DNA of 64,000 bases from Burkholderiales bacterium (GTDB lineage: Bacteria > Pseudomonadota > Gammaproteobacteria > Burkholderiales > SG8-39): NCBI GenBank assembly GCA_035280025.1, contig DATEGT010000046.1, forward strand, positions 26,153 to 90,152, in the 5' to 3' direction. The notes under the pieces are model-generated. The model was not told the origin of the DNA. It saw only the letters and a program-made list of their open reading frames with translations, and searched no databases. The position numbers and the translations under genes were made by a program. Shown here piece by piece: positions 18,733 through 29,942 of the stretch; within the stretch, counting starts at the first letter, position 1; each line of letters opens with the position of its first letter.

Positions 18733-20646
18733 TTAAGCCGTACCGCCCGGCCCAGCCTCCGATTCGAGGCGCGCGATGAACTCGGTCAGTCGCATCTGCC
18801 CGAGATCCTCGCCGGCGCGGGTGCGCACGGCCACCTTTTCGGCTGCCTTTTCCTTTTCTCCGACGACGAGCTGATAAGGCAGCTTCTGTAAGCTATGTTC
18901 TCGAATTTTATAGCTAATTTTCTCATTCCTCAAGTCGGCCTGAACCCGGTAACCGGCGCTTTTCAGCCACGCGGCCACGCCTTGCGCGTAATCGCTCTGT
19001 CCCTCGGAGATATTGAGGACGACCGCCTGAACCGGCGCCAGCCACAGGGGCATCGCCCCGGCGTGGTGCTCGATCAGAATGCCGACAAAGCGCTCCATGG
19101 AGCCGAGCACCGCCCGGTGCAGCATGACAGGCACCCGCCGTGCGTTGTCTTCGGCCACGTACTCCGAGCCGAGCAGGCCCGGCATGGAGAAATCGACCTG
19201 CATCGTGCCGCACTGCCAGGATCGACCGATCGAGTCCTTGAGGTGATATTCGATCTTCGGCCCGTAGAACGCTCCCTCGCCGGGCAGCGTCTCGAAGGCG
19301 ATACCGGCCTCTTCCAGCGCGGAGCGCAGCGCCGCCTCCGCCTTGTCCCAGACATCGTCCGAGCCCACGCGCTTGGCCGGGCGCGTTGCCAGCTTGTAGG
19401 CAATGTCGATGAAGCCGAAATCGGCGTAGACGCGCCTCAACTGCGCGGTAAACGCGATGACCTCGGGCTTGATCTGGCTCTCGGTGCAGAATATGTGGCC
19501 GTCGTCCTGCGTGAACGCGCGGACGCGCATGATCCCATGCAGCGCTCCGGAGGGTTCGTTGCGCGTGCACACGCCGAATTCGCCGTAGCGAAGCGGGAGC
19601 TCGCGGTAACTGCGCAGCCCCTTGTTGAAAATCTGGATGTGTCCGGGGCAGTTCATCGGCTTGATGGCGTAATCGCGTTTCTCCGACTCCGTCGTGAACA
19701 TGTTCTCCTTGTAGTTCTGCCAGTGCCCCGACTTCTCCCACAGGCTGCGATCCAGCACCTGCGGACAGCGCACCTCGAGGTAGCCATTGTCGCGGTAGAC
19801 ACCCCGCATGTACTGCTCGACCTGCTGCCAGATCGCCCAGCCATTCGGGTGCCAGAACACCATGCCCGGTGATTCCTCCTGCAAATGGAACAAATCGAGC
19901 TGGGCGCCGAGTTTCCGGTGGTCGCGCTTCTCCGACTCCTCGAGCATATGCAGATACGCGTCCTGCTCGTCCTTCCTGGCCCACGCGGTGCCGTAGATTC
20001 GCTGGAGCATCTCATTTCTCGAGTCGCCCCTCCAATAGGCACCCGCGACCTTCATGAGCTTGAACACCTTGAGCTTCCCGGTCGAAGGAACGTGGGGCCC
20101 GCGGCACAGGTCGATGAAATCTCCTTCGCGATAGAGCGAAACCTCCTCTCCAGCCGGTATCGCGGCGATGATCTCGGCTTTGTAGTGTTCGCCGATGGAC
20201 TTGAAAAAGGCGACCGCCTTCTCCCGCGGCCAGACCTCGCGGGTCACCGGAAAATCCTTCGCCGCCAGCTCGGACATGCGTTTCTCGATCGCGACGAGAT
20301 CCTCCGGGGTGAAAGGGCGCCCGTATGAGAAGTCGTAGTAGAAGCCGTCCTCGATCACCGGACCGATGGTCACTTGCGCGTCGGGAAACAGCTCCTTCAC
20401 CGCGTAGGCCAGCAGATGCGCAGTCGAGTGCCGGATCAGCTCGACGCCCTCCCTGTCCCGCTCCGTCACCACGGCCACGTCAGCGTCGTGCTCGATTCGA
20501 TACGTAACGTCGACGAGCTTTCCGTCGACTTTGCCGGCGAGAGCAGCGCGCGCGAGCCCCGGGCCGATTGCCCTTGCGATCTCCGCTACAGTGACCGGGG
20601 CGGGAAAGACTTTGAGCGTGCCGTCGGGGAGACGGATGTTAGGCAT
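18733..20646 (-). CDS. thrS: Threonine--tRNA ligase
   Basis: 637 aa with TGS, editing, class II catalytic and anticodon-binding domains. Confidence 0.95.
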   Translation of the reverse strand: MPNIRLPDGTLKVFPAPVTVAEIARAIGPGLARAALAGKVDGKLVDVTYRIEHDADVAVVTERDREGVELIRHSTAHLLAYAVKELFPDAQVTIGPVIEDGFYYDFSYGRPFTPEDLVAIEKRMSELAAKDFPVTREVWPREKAVAFFKSIGEHYKAEIIAAIPAGEEVSLYREGDFIDLCRGPHVPSTGKLKVFKLMKVAGAYWRGDSRNEMLQRIYGTAWARKDEQDAYLHMLEESEKRDHRKLGAQLDLFHLQEESPGMVFWHPNGWAIWQQVEQYMRGVYRDNGYLEVRCPQVLDRSLWEKSGHWQNYKENMFTTESEKRDYAIKPMNCPGHIQIFNKGLRSYRELPLRYGEFGVCTRNEPSGALHGIMRVRAFTQDDGHIFCTESQIKPEVIAFTAQLRRVYADFGFIDIAYKLATRPAKRVGSDDVWDKAEAALRSALEEAGIAFETLPGEGAFYGPKIEYHLKDSIGRSWQCGTMQVDFSMPGLLGSEYVAEDNARRVPVMLHRAVLGSMERFVGILIEHHAGAMPLWLAPVQAVVLNISEGQSDYAQGVAAWLKSAGYRVQADLRNEKISYKIREHSLQKLPYQLVVGEKEKAAEKVAVRTRAGEDLGQMRLTEFIARLESEAGPGGTA

Positions 20647-20665
20647 GGATCGATCTGCAGCAAAA

Positions 20666-20706
20666 CCGCGCGTTGAACGCCGCTAGGCGTGCGTTCCAAC
20701 GCGCGG
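20666..20706 (-). terminator. Strong hairpin plus UUUU between tRNA-Val and thrS (terminator or attenuator-like)
   Basis: CCGCGCGTTG...CAACGCGCGG 10-bp outer stem and ACGCC-tagc-GGCGT inner stem, followed on the minus strand by TTTTGC. It lies 19 nt before the thrS ATG. Confidence 0.4.
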
Positions 20707-20745
20707 AGCCAAGACGGCGACTACGCCGCCTTCAACAGTAAAAAT

Positions 20746-20822
20746 TGGTAGGCGCGATTGGACTCGAACCAACGACCCCCACCATGTCAAGGTGATGCTC
20801 TAGCCAGCTGAGCTACGCGCCT
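20746..20822 (-). tRNA. tRNA-Val (anticodon GAC)
   Basis: The reverse complement AGGCGCGTAGCTCAGCTGGCTAGAGCATCACCTTGACATGGTGGGGGTCGTTGGTTCGAGTCCAATCGCGCCTACCA is a 77-nt cloverleaf. Confidence 0.9.
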
Positions 20823-20834
20823 GGAGAGCGCTGA

Positions 20835-20863
20835 ATTCTATCGGAAAGGGGCGCCCCGCACAA
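20835..20863 (-). promoter_or_regulatory. Sigma70-like promoter candidate for tRNA-Val (and possibly thrS)
   Basis: Minus strand TTGTGC-N17-TAGAAT. The -10 element ends 12 nt before the mature tRNA 5' end. Confidence 0.35.
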
Positions 20864-20890
20864 ACCGCGCCCTTGGTAACCGGAGCTCAT

Positions 20891-21259
20891 TCAGCCGCCC
20901 CAGCGCTTCGAGCGCGAGTCGTAGCTGTACGGCCGATACTTGAAGACGACGTGGCCGCAGGACAGGACGTATTCGCCCGCGGCCGGCACATATGTCATCG
21001 GCGCCCCGCCCGGACACTTGGCTACTGCAAGGGCGTACTTGGGAACCAGCTTCTCCAGGGCGTCGGGATAGGAACCTTGATCGCGTTTGAACGCTGAAAG
21101 CGCGGAGGCCATCTGCGTTCCGCGGGTTTCGACCACCACCATGTCCTTCTCACCCCCGCTGTACAAATCTATCGCGATGTACGCGGCGCCGAGGGCGACC
21201 GCGATCAGGACCAGCACGATGACTTGGCTCATCCCTCTTTGAGAATACGATCCAGGCAT
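20891..21259 (-). CDS. Hypothetical small membrane-anchored protein
   Basis: ATG at 21259 preceded by GGGAGGG. One N-terminal TM helix (VIVLVLIAVALGAAYIAIDL) followed by a soluble domain of about 85 aa with two Cys. It lies 40 nt downstream of recN. Confidence 0.5.
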   Translation of the reverse strand: MPGSYSQRGMSQVIVLVLIAVALGAAYIAIDLYSGGEKDMVVVETRGTQMASALSAFKRDQGSYPDALEKLVPKYALAVAKCPGGAPMTYVPAAGEYVLSCGHVVFKYRPYSYDSRSKRWGG

Positions 21260-21299
21260 GTCTTGCCCTCCCAGGTTCGAGGTTTGTTGGCGGTGAATC

Positions 21300-22961
21300 T
21301 TACCGCAGGCCGAGCATCTCCGCCGCGTGCTTGCGGGTCGTCGCGGTGATCGCCACGCCTCCCAGCATGCGTGCGATCTCCTCGATTCGCGACTTCTGGT
21401 CGAGCACGGCGACGCGGCTGCGGGCCGCCCCGCTTTCAGCGCCCTTGGCCACGGACCATTGCTCACGCGCCTGGGCAGCGACCTGCGGGAGATGCGTCAC
21501 GCAAAGGACCTGTCGCTCTTCTCCCAGCGCCCGCAGCTTTCTGCCCACCACCTCCGCAACCGCACCCCCGATGCCCGCGTCGACTTCATCGAAGATCAGC
21601 GTCGGCACCGCCGCGGCCCTGCTCGTGATCACCTGGATCGCGAGACTGATCCGCGAAAGCTCGCCTCCCGAGGCCACCTTTGCCAGAGACCGCGGCTCGG
21701 TCCCCGGATTGGTCGAGACAAGGAACTCGACTTGCTCGTTGCCCGCTGCGCTGCCGTCGGGGAGAAGCGAGCGCAGCTCGACCTCGAAGCGCCCCCCCGA
21801 CATGGCCAGCTCCTTCATTGCCGCGTTGACCTCGCGAGCCAGCTTTGCCGCAGCCTTGCCGCGCTCGGTGCTGAGCCGCGACGCCGCCTCATCATAGCGC
21901 GAGCGCGCCGCCTGTTCCTGCCTCGCCAGAACCTCCAGATCCGCGGTCATTTCCAGGTCCTTGAGGCGCTGTTTCAGGGAGATCAGAAGCTCCGGCAGCG
22001 CCTCGGGTCGCACCCGAAGCTTGCGCGCCGCGCCGTGCACGCTTTCAAGCCGCTGTTCGACTTCGCGCAGCCGCGCCGGGTCGAGCTCGATTCGATCGGC
22101 GTAGTGGCGCAACGCGTAGGCCGCTTCGCGGAGCTGCGCCTCGCCCGACTCGAGAAGGGCGACGGTTTCGCGCAGCGTCGCGTCGTATTCCGTGAGAGGA
22201 CGCAGCCGCGAAAGCGCCCCCGACAATGCGCCCAGCGCGGCGCTCTCGGATTCAGAGAGCAGATCGATGGCGTTGCGCGCCCCTTCCATCAGGCTCGCCG
22301 CGTGCGCGAGCCGGCCGTGCTCCGATTGGATGGTGTCCCATTCGCCCGGCGCGAGCGCGAGCCGCGACAGCTCTTCGACCTGCCAGCTGAGCTGCTCGCG
22401 CTCGACATTGCGCGCTGCCGCATTGTGCTCGCGGTCCAGGCGCACCCGGCAGAGCCTCTCCCAGTCGCGGTACGCGTCTCCCGTCTCCCCCGCGAGGGAG
22501 GCGAGTCCCGCGTGCAAATCGAGAACCGATCGCTGCGCCTCCGCCTTCAGCAGGGACTGGTGGGCGTGCTGCCCGTGGATGTCGACGAGGCGCTCCCCTG
22601 CCTCGCGCAACTGGTTGACCGTGGCGGTGTGCCCGTTGATGAAGCCGCGAGAGCGGCCGCCGCGATCGACCACGCGGCGCAGCAGCACGCGGTTCGAGTC
22701 TCCTTCCAGGGCCTGCTCGCCAAGCCAGCGGCCCAGTCCGGCCAGTCCCTCGATCGAGAACTCCGCGGTGACGTCGGCACGCTCCGCGCCAGAGCGGACC
22801 TGCTCGGCTCCCGCGCGGTCTCCGAGCGCCAATGAGAGCGCGTCGATCAGGATGGACTTGCCGGCGCCCGTCTCGCCGGTCAGGGCTGTGAATCCCGGAT
22901 GAAACTCCAGCTCAAGGCGGTCGACTATCGCGAAGTCCTGGATCGACAGGTTGAGCAGCAT
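21300..22961 (-). CDS. recN: DNA repair protein RecN
   Basis: 553 aa with an SMC-like Walker A (GETGAGKS), a long coiled coil, and a C-terminal signature plus Walker B (SGGELSRISLA..LIFDEVD). Confidence 0.95.
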   Translation of the reverse strand: MLLNLSIQDFAIVDRLELEFHPGFTALTGETGAGKSILIDALSLALGDRAGAEQVRSGAERADVTAEFSIEGLAGLGRWLGEQALEGDSNRVLLRRVVDRGGRSRGFINGHTATVNQLREAGERLVDIHGQHAHQSLLKAEAQRSVLDLHAGLASLAGETGDAYRDWERLCRVRLDREHNAAARNVEREQLSWQVEELSRLALAPGEWDTIQSEHGRLAHAASLMEGARNAIDLLSESESAALGALSGALSRLRPLTEYDATLRETVALLESGEAQLREAAYALRHYADRIELDPARLREVEQRLESVHGAARKLRVRPEALPELLISLKQRLKDLEMTADLEVLARQEQAARSRYDEAASRLSTERGKAAAKLAREVNAAMKELAMSGGRFEVELRSLLPDGSAAGNEQVEFLVSTNPGTEPRSLAKVASGGELSRISLAIQVITSRAAAVPTLIFDEVDAGIGGAVAEVVGRKLRALGEERQVLCVTHLPQVAAQAREQWSVAKGAESGAARSRVAVLDQKSRIEEIARMLGGVAITATTRKHAAEMLGLR

Positions 22962-22967
22962 CTTGCG

Positions 22968-23837
22968 TCAGAGCCCTTCGCTCCAATGCAGCTTCTGGCG
23001 CAGCATGGCGAAGTAGCTGTAGCCGGGAGGATGGACGAACTTGATGGTGTGCTCGGCGCGCCGGATGAGCACCCGGTCGCCTTCCCGAAGATCGCACTGC
23101 AACTGACCGTCGAAATGCAGCCGCGCTTCGATCGCGCGTTTCAACGACACCTGGATCACCGATCGATCGCTGATCATGATCGGTCGATTCGACAAGGTGT
23201 GCGGCGAAATCGGGACCAGAGCGAAACCGGGCACGCCGGGCTGCACGATCGGTCCGTCCGCCGATAGGGCGTACGCGGTCGAGCCCGTGGGGGTTGCGAC
23301 GATCAGTCCGTCCGCGCGCAGGTCGTAGACGAACTCGCCGTCGATATTCACGACGAACTCGATCAACCTCCCGACCGAGCCCTTGTTCACGACGGCATCA
23401 TTGAGCGCGAGGGTTTCGAGTGTCACCTCGCCGCCGCGCCACACCTCGGCGGCGAGCATCGTGCGTTCCTCGATGACGTGCCTGCCCGCGAGCACTTCGG
23501 CCATCACGTCGATCATCTTCGAGGATGCGATATCGGTCATGAAGCCCAGCCGGCCTTGATTCACGCCGACCAGAGGAACGTCCCGGCCGGCCAGGCTCCG
23601 CGCCGCGCTGAGCATGCTCCCGTCACCGCCTTGAACCACGACCAAGTCGGCCCGCCGGCCGATCTCGGCGTAGTCCGCAACGGAAAACCCGTTCACGCGG
23701 TGCGTCGCCGCAGTCTCCTTCTCCACCAGAACGGCGCATCCCTGCTTGTTCAGATAGGCGCCCAGGGCGCCGAGCGCCCTCGCGACGCCGGCGGAGTCGT
23801 TGCGACCGATCAAAGCTACGGTCTTGAAAGCGGGCAT
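22968..23837 (-). CDS. nadK: NAD kinase
   Basis: GGDGSML motif and the NAD-kinase fold pattern. nadK-recN adjacency. Confidence 0.9.
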   Translation of the reverse strand: MPAFKTVALIGRNDSAGVARALGALGAYLNKQGCAVLVEKETAATHRVNGFSVADYAEIGRRADLVVVQGGDGSMLSAARSLAGRDVPLVGVNQGRLGFMTDIASSKMIDVMAEVLAGRHVIEERTMLAAEVWRGGEVTLETLALNDAVVNKGSVGRLIEFVVNIDGEFVYDLRADGLIVATPTGSTAYALSADGPIVQPGVPGFALVPISPHTLSNRPIMISDRSVIQVSLKRAIEARLHFDGQLQCDLREGDRVLIRRAEHTIKFVHPPGYSYFAMLRQKLHWSEGL

Positions 23838-23930
23838 ACCGTCATTAAATCATGCCCCTGCAGGGGTGACAAAAGCGGTTGCGTGCGCGCGCACAACCTC
23901 AAGGAGGGCGATTCGGTAGAATCGCAAGCT

Positions 23931-24950
23931 ATGCTGGACCGCCGCGCACAGATGCTCCTCAAGACCCTGGTGGAACGGTACATCGCTGAGGGCGAGCCGG
24001 TCGGGTCGCGAGCCTTGTCGAGATATTCCGGCCTGGACCTGAGCCCGGCCACCATCCGCAACGTGATGGCCGACCTCGAGCAGCTTGGGTTCGTCGCGAG
24101 TCCCCATACGTCGGCCGGCCGGGTGCCGACCAACCGCGGCTACCGTTTTTTCGTCGACACCTTGCTTACGGTCAAGGAGCTCGACCGGGTCGAGATCAGC
24201 CAGCTCAGGATCAATATTCATCCGGACCACCCGCAGCGGGTGATCAGCGCGGCCTCGCAGCTCCTCTCGGACCTTACCCACTTCGCCGGAGTCGTCGTCG
24301 CGAACAAGCGCAAGACCCCGGCATTCCGACACGTAGAATTCCTCGCCCTCTCTGACAAGCGCGTCCTGCTGATCATCGTGACGCCCGAAGGCGACGTTCA
24401 GAATCGCATACTGTTCATGGAGAAGGCCTACACGCCTTCGGAGCTGACGACCGCAGCGAACTTCCTCAACCAGAACTACGCAGGCCTGACTTTCGAGGAG
24501 ATCCGCGGTCGCATCCACGCGGAGATGAAGCAGCTCAGGGAAGACATGACTCAGCTCATGACAGCCGCGCTGGACGCGGGAAGCGAAGCGCTCTCGCAGT
24601 CGACCAGCAGCTACGTCGTATCCGGCGAGAGAAACCTGCTCGACTCGGACGATCTGGCGTCCAACATGTCGCGGCTTCGGGAGCTGTTCGAGCTGTTCGA
24701 GAAGAAGACGATCCTCATGCAAATACTCGAGCTCAGCACTCGCGCGCAAGGCGTCCAGATTTTTATCGGCGGCGAATCCGGAATCGCACCACTCGACGAG
24801 TGCAGCGTGGTAACGGCCCCCTACGAAGTCGACGGCCAGGTGATCGGCACCGTCGGCGTGATCGGGCCAACGCGCATGGCCTACGAGCGGGTGATTCCCA
24901 TCGTCGACATCACCGCCAAGCTGCTGTCGAGCGCGCTCTCGCAGCAGTGA
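23931..24950 (+). CDS. hrcA: Heat-inducible transcription repressor HrcA
   Basis: [30 protein letters not shown] is an HrcA winged-helix N-terminus. The track ORF is extended upstream, antisense to nadK. Confidence 0.9.
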   Translation: MLDRRAQMLLKTLVERYIAEGEPVGSRALSRYSGLDLSPATIRNVMADLEQLGFVASPHTSAGRVPTNRGYRFFVDTLLTVKELDRVEISQLRINIHPDHPQRVISAASQLLSDLTHFAGVVVANKRKTPAFRHVEFLALSDKRVLLIIVTPEGDVQNRILFMEKAYTPSELTTAANFLNQNYAGLTFEEIRGRIHAEMKQLREDMTQLMTAALDAGSEALSQSTSSYVVSGERNLLDSDDLASNMSRLRELFELFEKKTILMQILELSTRAQGVQIFIGGESGIAPLDECSVVTAPYEVDGQVIGTVGVIGPTRMAYERVIPIVDITAKLLSSALSQQ

Positions 24951-24957
24951 CCCGGCG

Positions 24958-25995
24958 TTGAGGACGAACAGCTATCCTGGAGCGGACCCGCGGGAAGGCA
25001 GGTTCGCGAAAGCAGCGGTCCTGCTCATCAACCTCGGCACGCCCGACGCCCCTACCCCTGGGGCGGTGCGCCGCTATCTTAGACAATTCCTCTCCGACCC
25101 TCGCGTCATAGAAATCCCCCGCGCCCTCTGGCTGCCGCTTCTGCACGGCTTGGTACTCAATACGCGACCGCGGCAATCGGCGCGAAAGTACGCGAGCATC
25201 TGGTACGAGGAAGGCTCCCCGCTCAGGGTGCACACGGAGCGGCAAGCGCGCCTGCTCGGGAAGCGCATCGGGCCGCTGGCCCGCGTGGACTTCGCGATGC
25301 GCTACGGCGAGCCCTCGATTCCCGGCGTGCTGGGTCGCCTCAAGGCCGAGGGGCACGAACGGATCCTGGTGTTCCCCCTCTATCCCCAGTACGCCGCAAG
25401 CACGACCGCGAGCGCGGTCGATCATGTCTTCGAGTTCCTGCGCGGGACGCGCGATCTGCCCGAGATCCGGCTGGTCAAGGAGTTTCACGATCATCCCGCG
25501 TATCTGGACTCTCTCGCCGGCCTGGTGCGCGAGCACTGGCAGCGGTCGGGGCGCTCCCACAAGTTGATCATGAGCTTTCACGGACTTCCTCAGTACACGG
25601 TCGCCAGAGGGGATCCCTACTCGCTGCAATGTCAGCGGACCGCACGCCTGCTGGCCGAGCGCCTGGGTCTTGCAGCAGCCGAATGGCAGACCACTTTCCA
25701 GTCACGCTTTGGCCGCACGGCATGGATCGAGCCCTACACCTCGGAGGCGCTCGCCGATTGGGGGCGGCGGGGCGTCGAGCGCGTGGACGTGATCTGCCCG
25801 GGCTTCGTCGCCGACTGCCTGGAGACGCTCGAGGAGATGGGAATCGAAGGCCGAAAGGTTTTCCTCGACTCCGGAGGGCGGGAATTTCATCTGCTACCCT
25901 GCCTCAACGAGCGCGCGGACTGGATAGATGCCCTCGCGGCCATGGTGCGGCAGCATCTTTCCGGGTGGATCGAAGGACTGGTCCCGGCCCCTTGA
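24958..25995 (+). CDS. hemH: Ferrochelatase
   Basis: VLLINLGTPDAPT..YLRQFLSDPRV..FPLYPQY motifs. TTG start. Confidence 0.9.
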   Translation: MRTNSYPGADPREGRFAKAAVLLINLGTPDAPTPGAVRRYLRQFLSDPRVIEIPRALWLPLLHGLVLNTRPRQSARKYASIWYEEGSPLRVHTERQARLLGKRIGPLARVDFAMRYGEPSIPGVLGRLKAEGHERILVFPLYPQYAASTTASAVDHVFEFLRGTRDLPEIRLVKEFHDHPAYLDSLAGLVREHWQRSGRSHKLIMSFHGLPQYTVARGDPYSLQCQRTARLLAERLGLAAAEWQTTFQSRFGRTAWIEPYTSEALADWGRRGVERVDVICPGFVADCLETLEEMGIEGRKVFLDSGGREFHLLPCLNERADWIDALAAMVRQHLSGWIEGLVPAP

Positions 25996-26018
25996 AATCC
26001 ACCGACGGGGCCCCAGTT
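25991..26018 (+). promoter_or_regulatory. Sigma32 (RpoH)-type promoter upstream of grpE
   Basis: CTTGAAA-N13-CCCCAGTT compared with the consensus CTTGAAA-N13/14-CCCCATnT. The -35 element overlaps the hemH TGA stop. Confidence 0.55.
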
Positions 26019-26076
26019 ACAAGCGCCGGCAAAATCCAATCGCGACCATCGTCCACTCCTATCTGCGGAGACCAGC

Positions 26077-26631
26077 ATGTCTGACCCGGACCAAACCAGT
26101 TCCCCGACCACCACGGGCGATGCCCCTCTCGGAGAACCGCCCGCCCCAGAACAGGTATCGGCGACCGACCCGGCCGAGCTCCTGAGGCAGGCGGAAGCAA
26201 GGGTGCAGCAACACCACGATGCGTGGCTTCGAGCCAAAGCCGAGGCGGACAATATCCGCAAGCGGACGGCCGTCGAGCTCGCCAACGCGTACAAGTACGC
26301 CATCGAGTCAGTGGCGGTCGAGCTCCTGCCAGTCAAGGACGGCCTGGAGGCTACCCTGGCCGCGGATTCGGCCTCGCTGGAATCCCTGAAGAACGGCGTC
26401 GAGCTGACTCTGAAGCAGTTGAGCACAGTATTCGGGAAGGCCGGCCTCACGGAAATCAACCCCGGAGGTGAGAAATTCGACCCCCACCAGCACCAGGCGA
26501 TCAGCATGCTCCCGTCCGAAAAGGAGCCCAACACCGTGATCAACGTGCTGCAGAAGGGCTACAGCCTTCATGACCGGGTAATCCGGCCAGCGCTGGTGAC
26601 AGTCGCCAAGCCCAAGGACCCGCAAGCTTGA
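26077..26631 (+). CDS. grpE: Nucleotide exchange factor GrpE
   Basis: 184 aa with the GrpE coiled coil and a beta-domain (FDPHQHQAIS..VLQKGY). Confidence 0.92.
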   Translation: MSDPDQTSSPTTTGDAPLGEPPAPEQVSATDPAELLRQAEARVQQHHDAWLRAKAEADNIRKRTAVELANAYKYAIESVAVELLPVKDGLEATLAADSASLESLKNGVELTLKQLSTVFGKAGLTEINPGGEKFDPHQHQAISMLPSEKEPNTVINVLQKGYSLHDRVIRPALVTVAKPKDPQA

Positions 26632-26654
26632 AGTTGGGGGATTGATCCCCATAT
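26627..26654 (+). promoter_or_regulatory. Sigma32 (RpoH)-type promoter upstream of dnaK
   Basis: CTTGAAG-N13-CCCCATAT. The -35 element overlaps the grpE TGA stop. Confidence 0.65.
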
Positions 26655-26696
26655 CGACATCCGGGTTATTTGTCAGGGAATTCAAAAGGAACGGTT

Positions 26697-28622
<1,926 letters not shown>

Positions 28623-28645
28623 GCGGCGCAAGTGCCGCATTGCTT

Positions 28646-28684
28646 GGCCGGATCGAGTCGCGCATGCCGGGGCTCGATCCGGCC
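28646..28684 (+). other. 12-bp-stem hairpin in the dnaK-dnaJ spacer
   Basis: GGCCGGATCGAG-15 nt-CTCGATCCGGCC with no T-run after it. Possibly an mRNA processing, stability or partial-attenuation element. Confidence 0.4.
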
Positions 28685-28712
28685 ACGTTCGCATTTGCAG
28701 GTATGAGGATCC

Positions 28713-29831
28713 ATGGCGAAGCGGGACTACTATGAGGTGCTGGGCGTCAATCGCGACGCCGACGAGGACACCATCAAGAAGGCCTACCGGCGCCTGGCGA
28801 TGAAGCACCATCCGGACCGGAATCCGGACAACCCGAAGGCCGAAGAGCATTTCAAAGAAGCCAAGGAGGCGTACGAAGTCCTGACCGATGCGGACAAGCG
28901 CGCCGCGTACGACCGGCACGGCCACGCGGGGATCGACCCGCGCGCGGGCATGGCGGGCGGCGCCGGATTCGCGAACTTCGCCGACGCCTTCGGCGATATC
29001 TTCGGCGACATCTTCAATCAGGCTCGCGGCGCCCGTCCCTCGGTGTACCGCGGCGCCGATCTGCGCTACAACCTCGAGGTGCCGCTCGAGCAGGCGGCCC
29101 GCGGCACCGAAACCCGGATACGCATTCCCACCTACGAGGATTGCGAGACCTGCAAAGGCACGGGCGCGAAGCCCGGAACGATCCCGCGAACCTGCCCCAC
29201 GTGCGAAGGCCAGGGACAGGTGCGCATGCAACAGGGATTCTTCTCCATCCAGCAGACCTGCCCGAAGTGCCATGGCACCGGCAAGATCGTGCAGGACCCC
29301 TGCCCGTCCTGCCACGGAGCGGCGCGCGTAAAGAAGCAGAAGACGCTCTCGGTCAAGATTCCCGCGGGGGTCGACGACGGAGACCGCATCCGGCTCTCGG
29401 GCGAAGGTGAGCCGGGCGTCAATGGAGGGCCGGCCGGCGATCTGTACGTGCAAATCCAGGTGAAGCCGCACCCGGTTTTTCAGCGCGCCAACGACGACCT
29501 GCACTGCGAAATGCCGGTGAGCTTCGCGACGGCGGCTCTGGGGGGAGAGATCGAGATCCCGACGCTCGACGGCTCCGCGAAGATCAGGATTCCTTCCGAG
29601 ACCCAATCGGGGAAGGTGTTCCGCCTGCGGGGCAAGGGTATCCGCGGGGTGCGCAGCCGCGACCACGGCGATCTGCTGTGCCACGTGGTGGTCGAGACCC
29701 CGGTGAACCTCACCGAGCGGCAGCGGGAGTTGCTTCGCGAATTGGAGACGATCACCCAGATGGACCGGGCGCGGCATAGCCCACGCGCCAAATCTTGGAT
29801 GGAGAAGGTCAGGGAGTTCTTCGCCCCCTAG
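28713..29831 (+). CDS. dnaJ: Molecular chaperone DnaJ
   Basis: J-domain (HPDRNP), a G/F region, and four CxxCxGxG zinc motifs. Confidence 0.95.
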   Translation: MAKRDYYEVLGVNRDADEDTIKKAYRRLAMKHHPDRNPDNPKAEEHFKEAKEAYEVLTDADKRAAYDRHGHAGIDPRAGMAGGAGFANFADAFGDIFGDIFNQARGARPSVYRGADLRYNLEVPLEQAARGTETRIRIPTYEDCETCKGTGAKPGTIPRTCPTCEGQGQVRMQQGFFSIQQTCPKCHGTGKIVQDPCPSCHGAARVKKQKTLSVKIPAGVDDGDRIRLSGEGEPGVNGGPAGDLYVQIQVKPHPVFQRANDDLHCEMPVSFATAALGGEIEIPTLDGSAKIRIPSETQSGKVFRLRGKGIRGVRSRDHGDLLCHVVVETPVNLTERQRELLRELETITQMDRARHSPRAKSWMEKVREFFAP

Positions 29832-29942
29832 GCGCCTGCCGCCCGCCAGACCCAGGCTTGCTTAAGTATCAATGGATTGCGAGTCCACGGTGCCCGGCCT
29901 CTCGACTTTGCTCTAGAATTTGAACCTTATATTGGAGGCTTG

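Noticed and set aside
22962-23930. LexA (CTGT-N8-ACAG) box for recN and a CIRCE (TTAGCACTC-N9-GAGTGCTAA) element near hrcA, grpE or dnaK.
   Set aside because: Manual scanning of the nadK 3' region, the nadK-hrcA spacer and the grpE and dnaK upstream regions found no match. This is an eye scan only, so it is not definitive.
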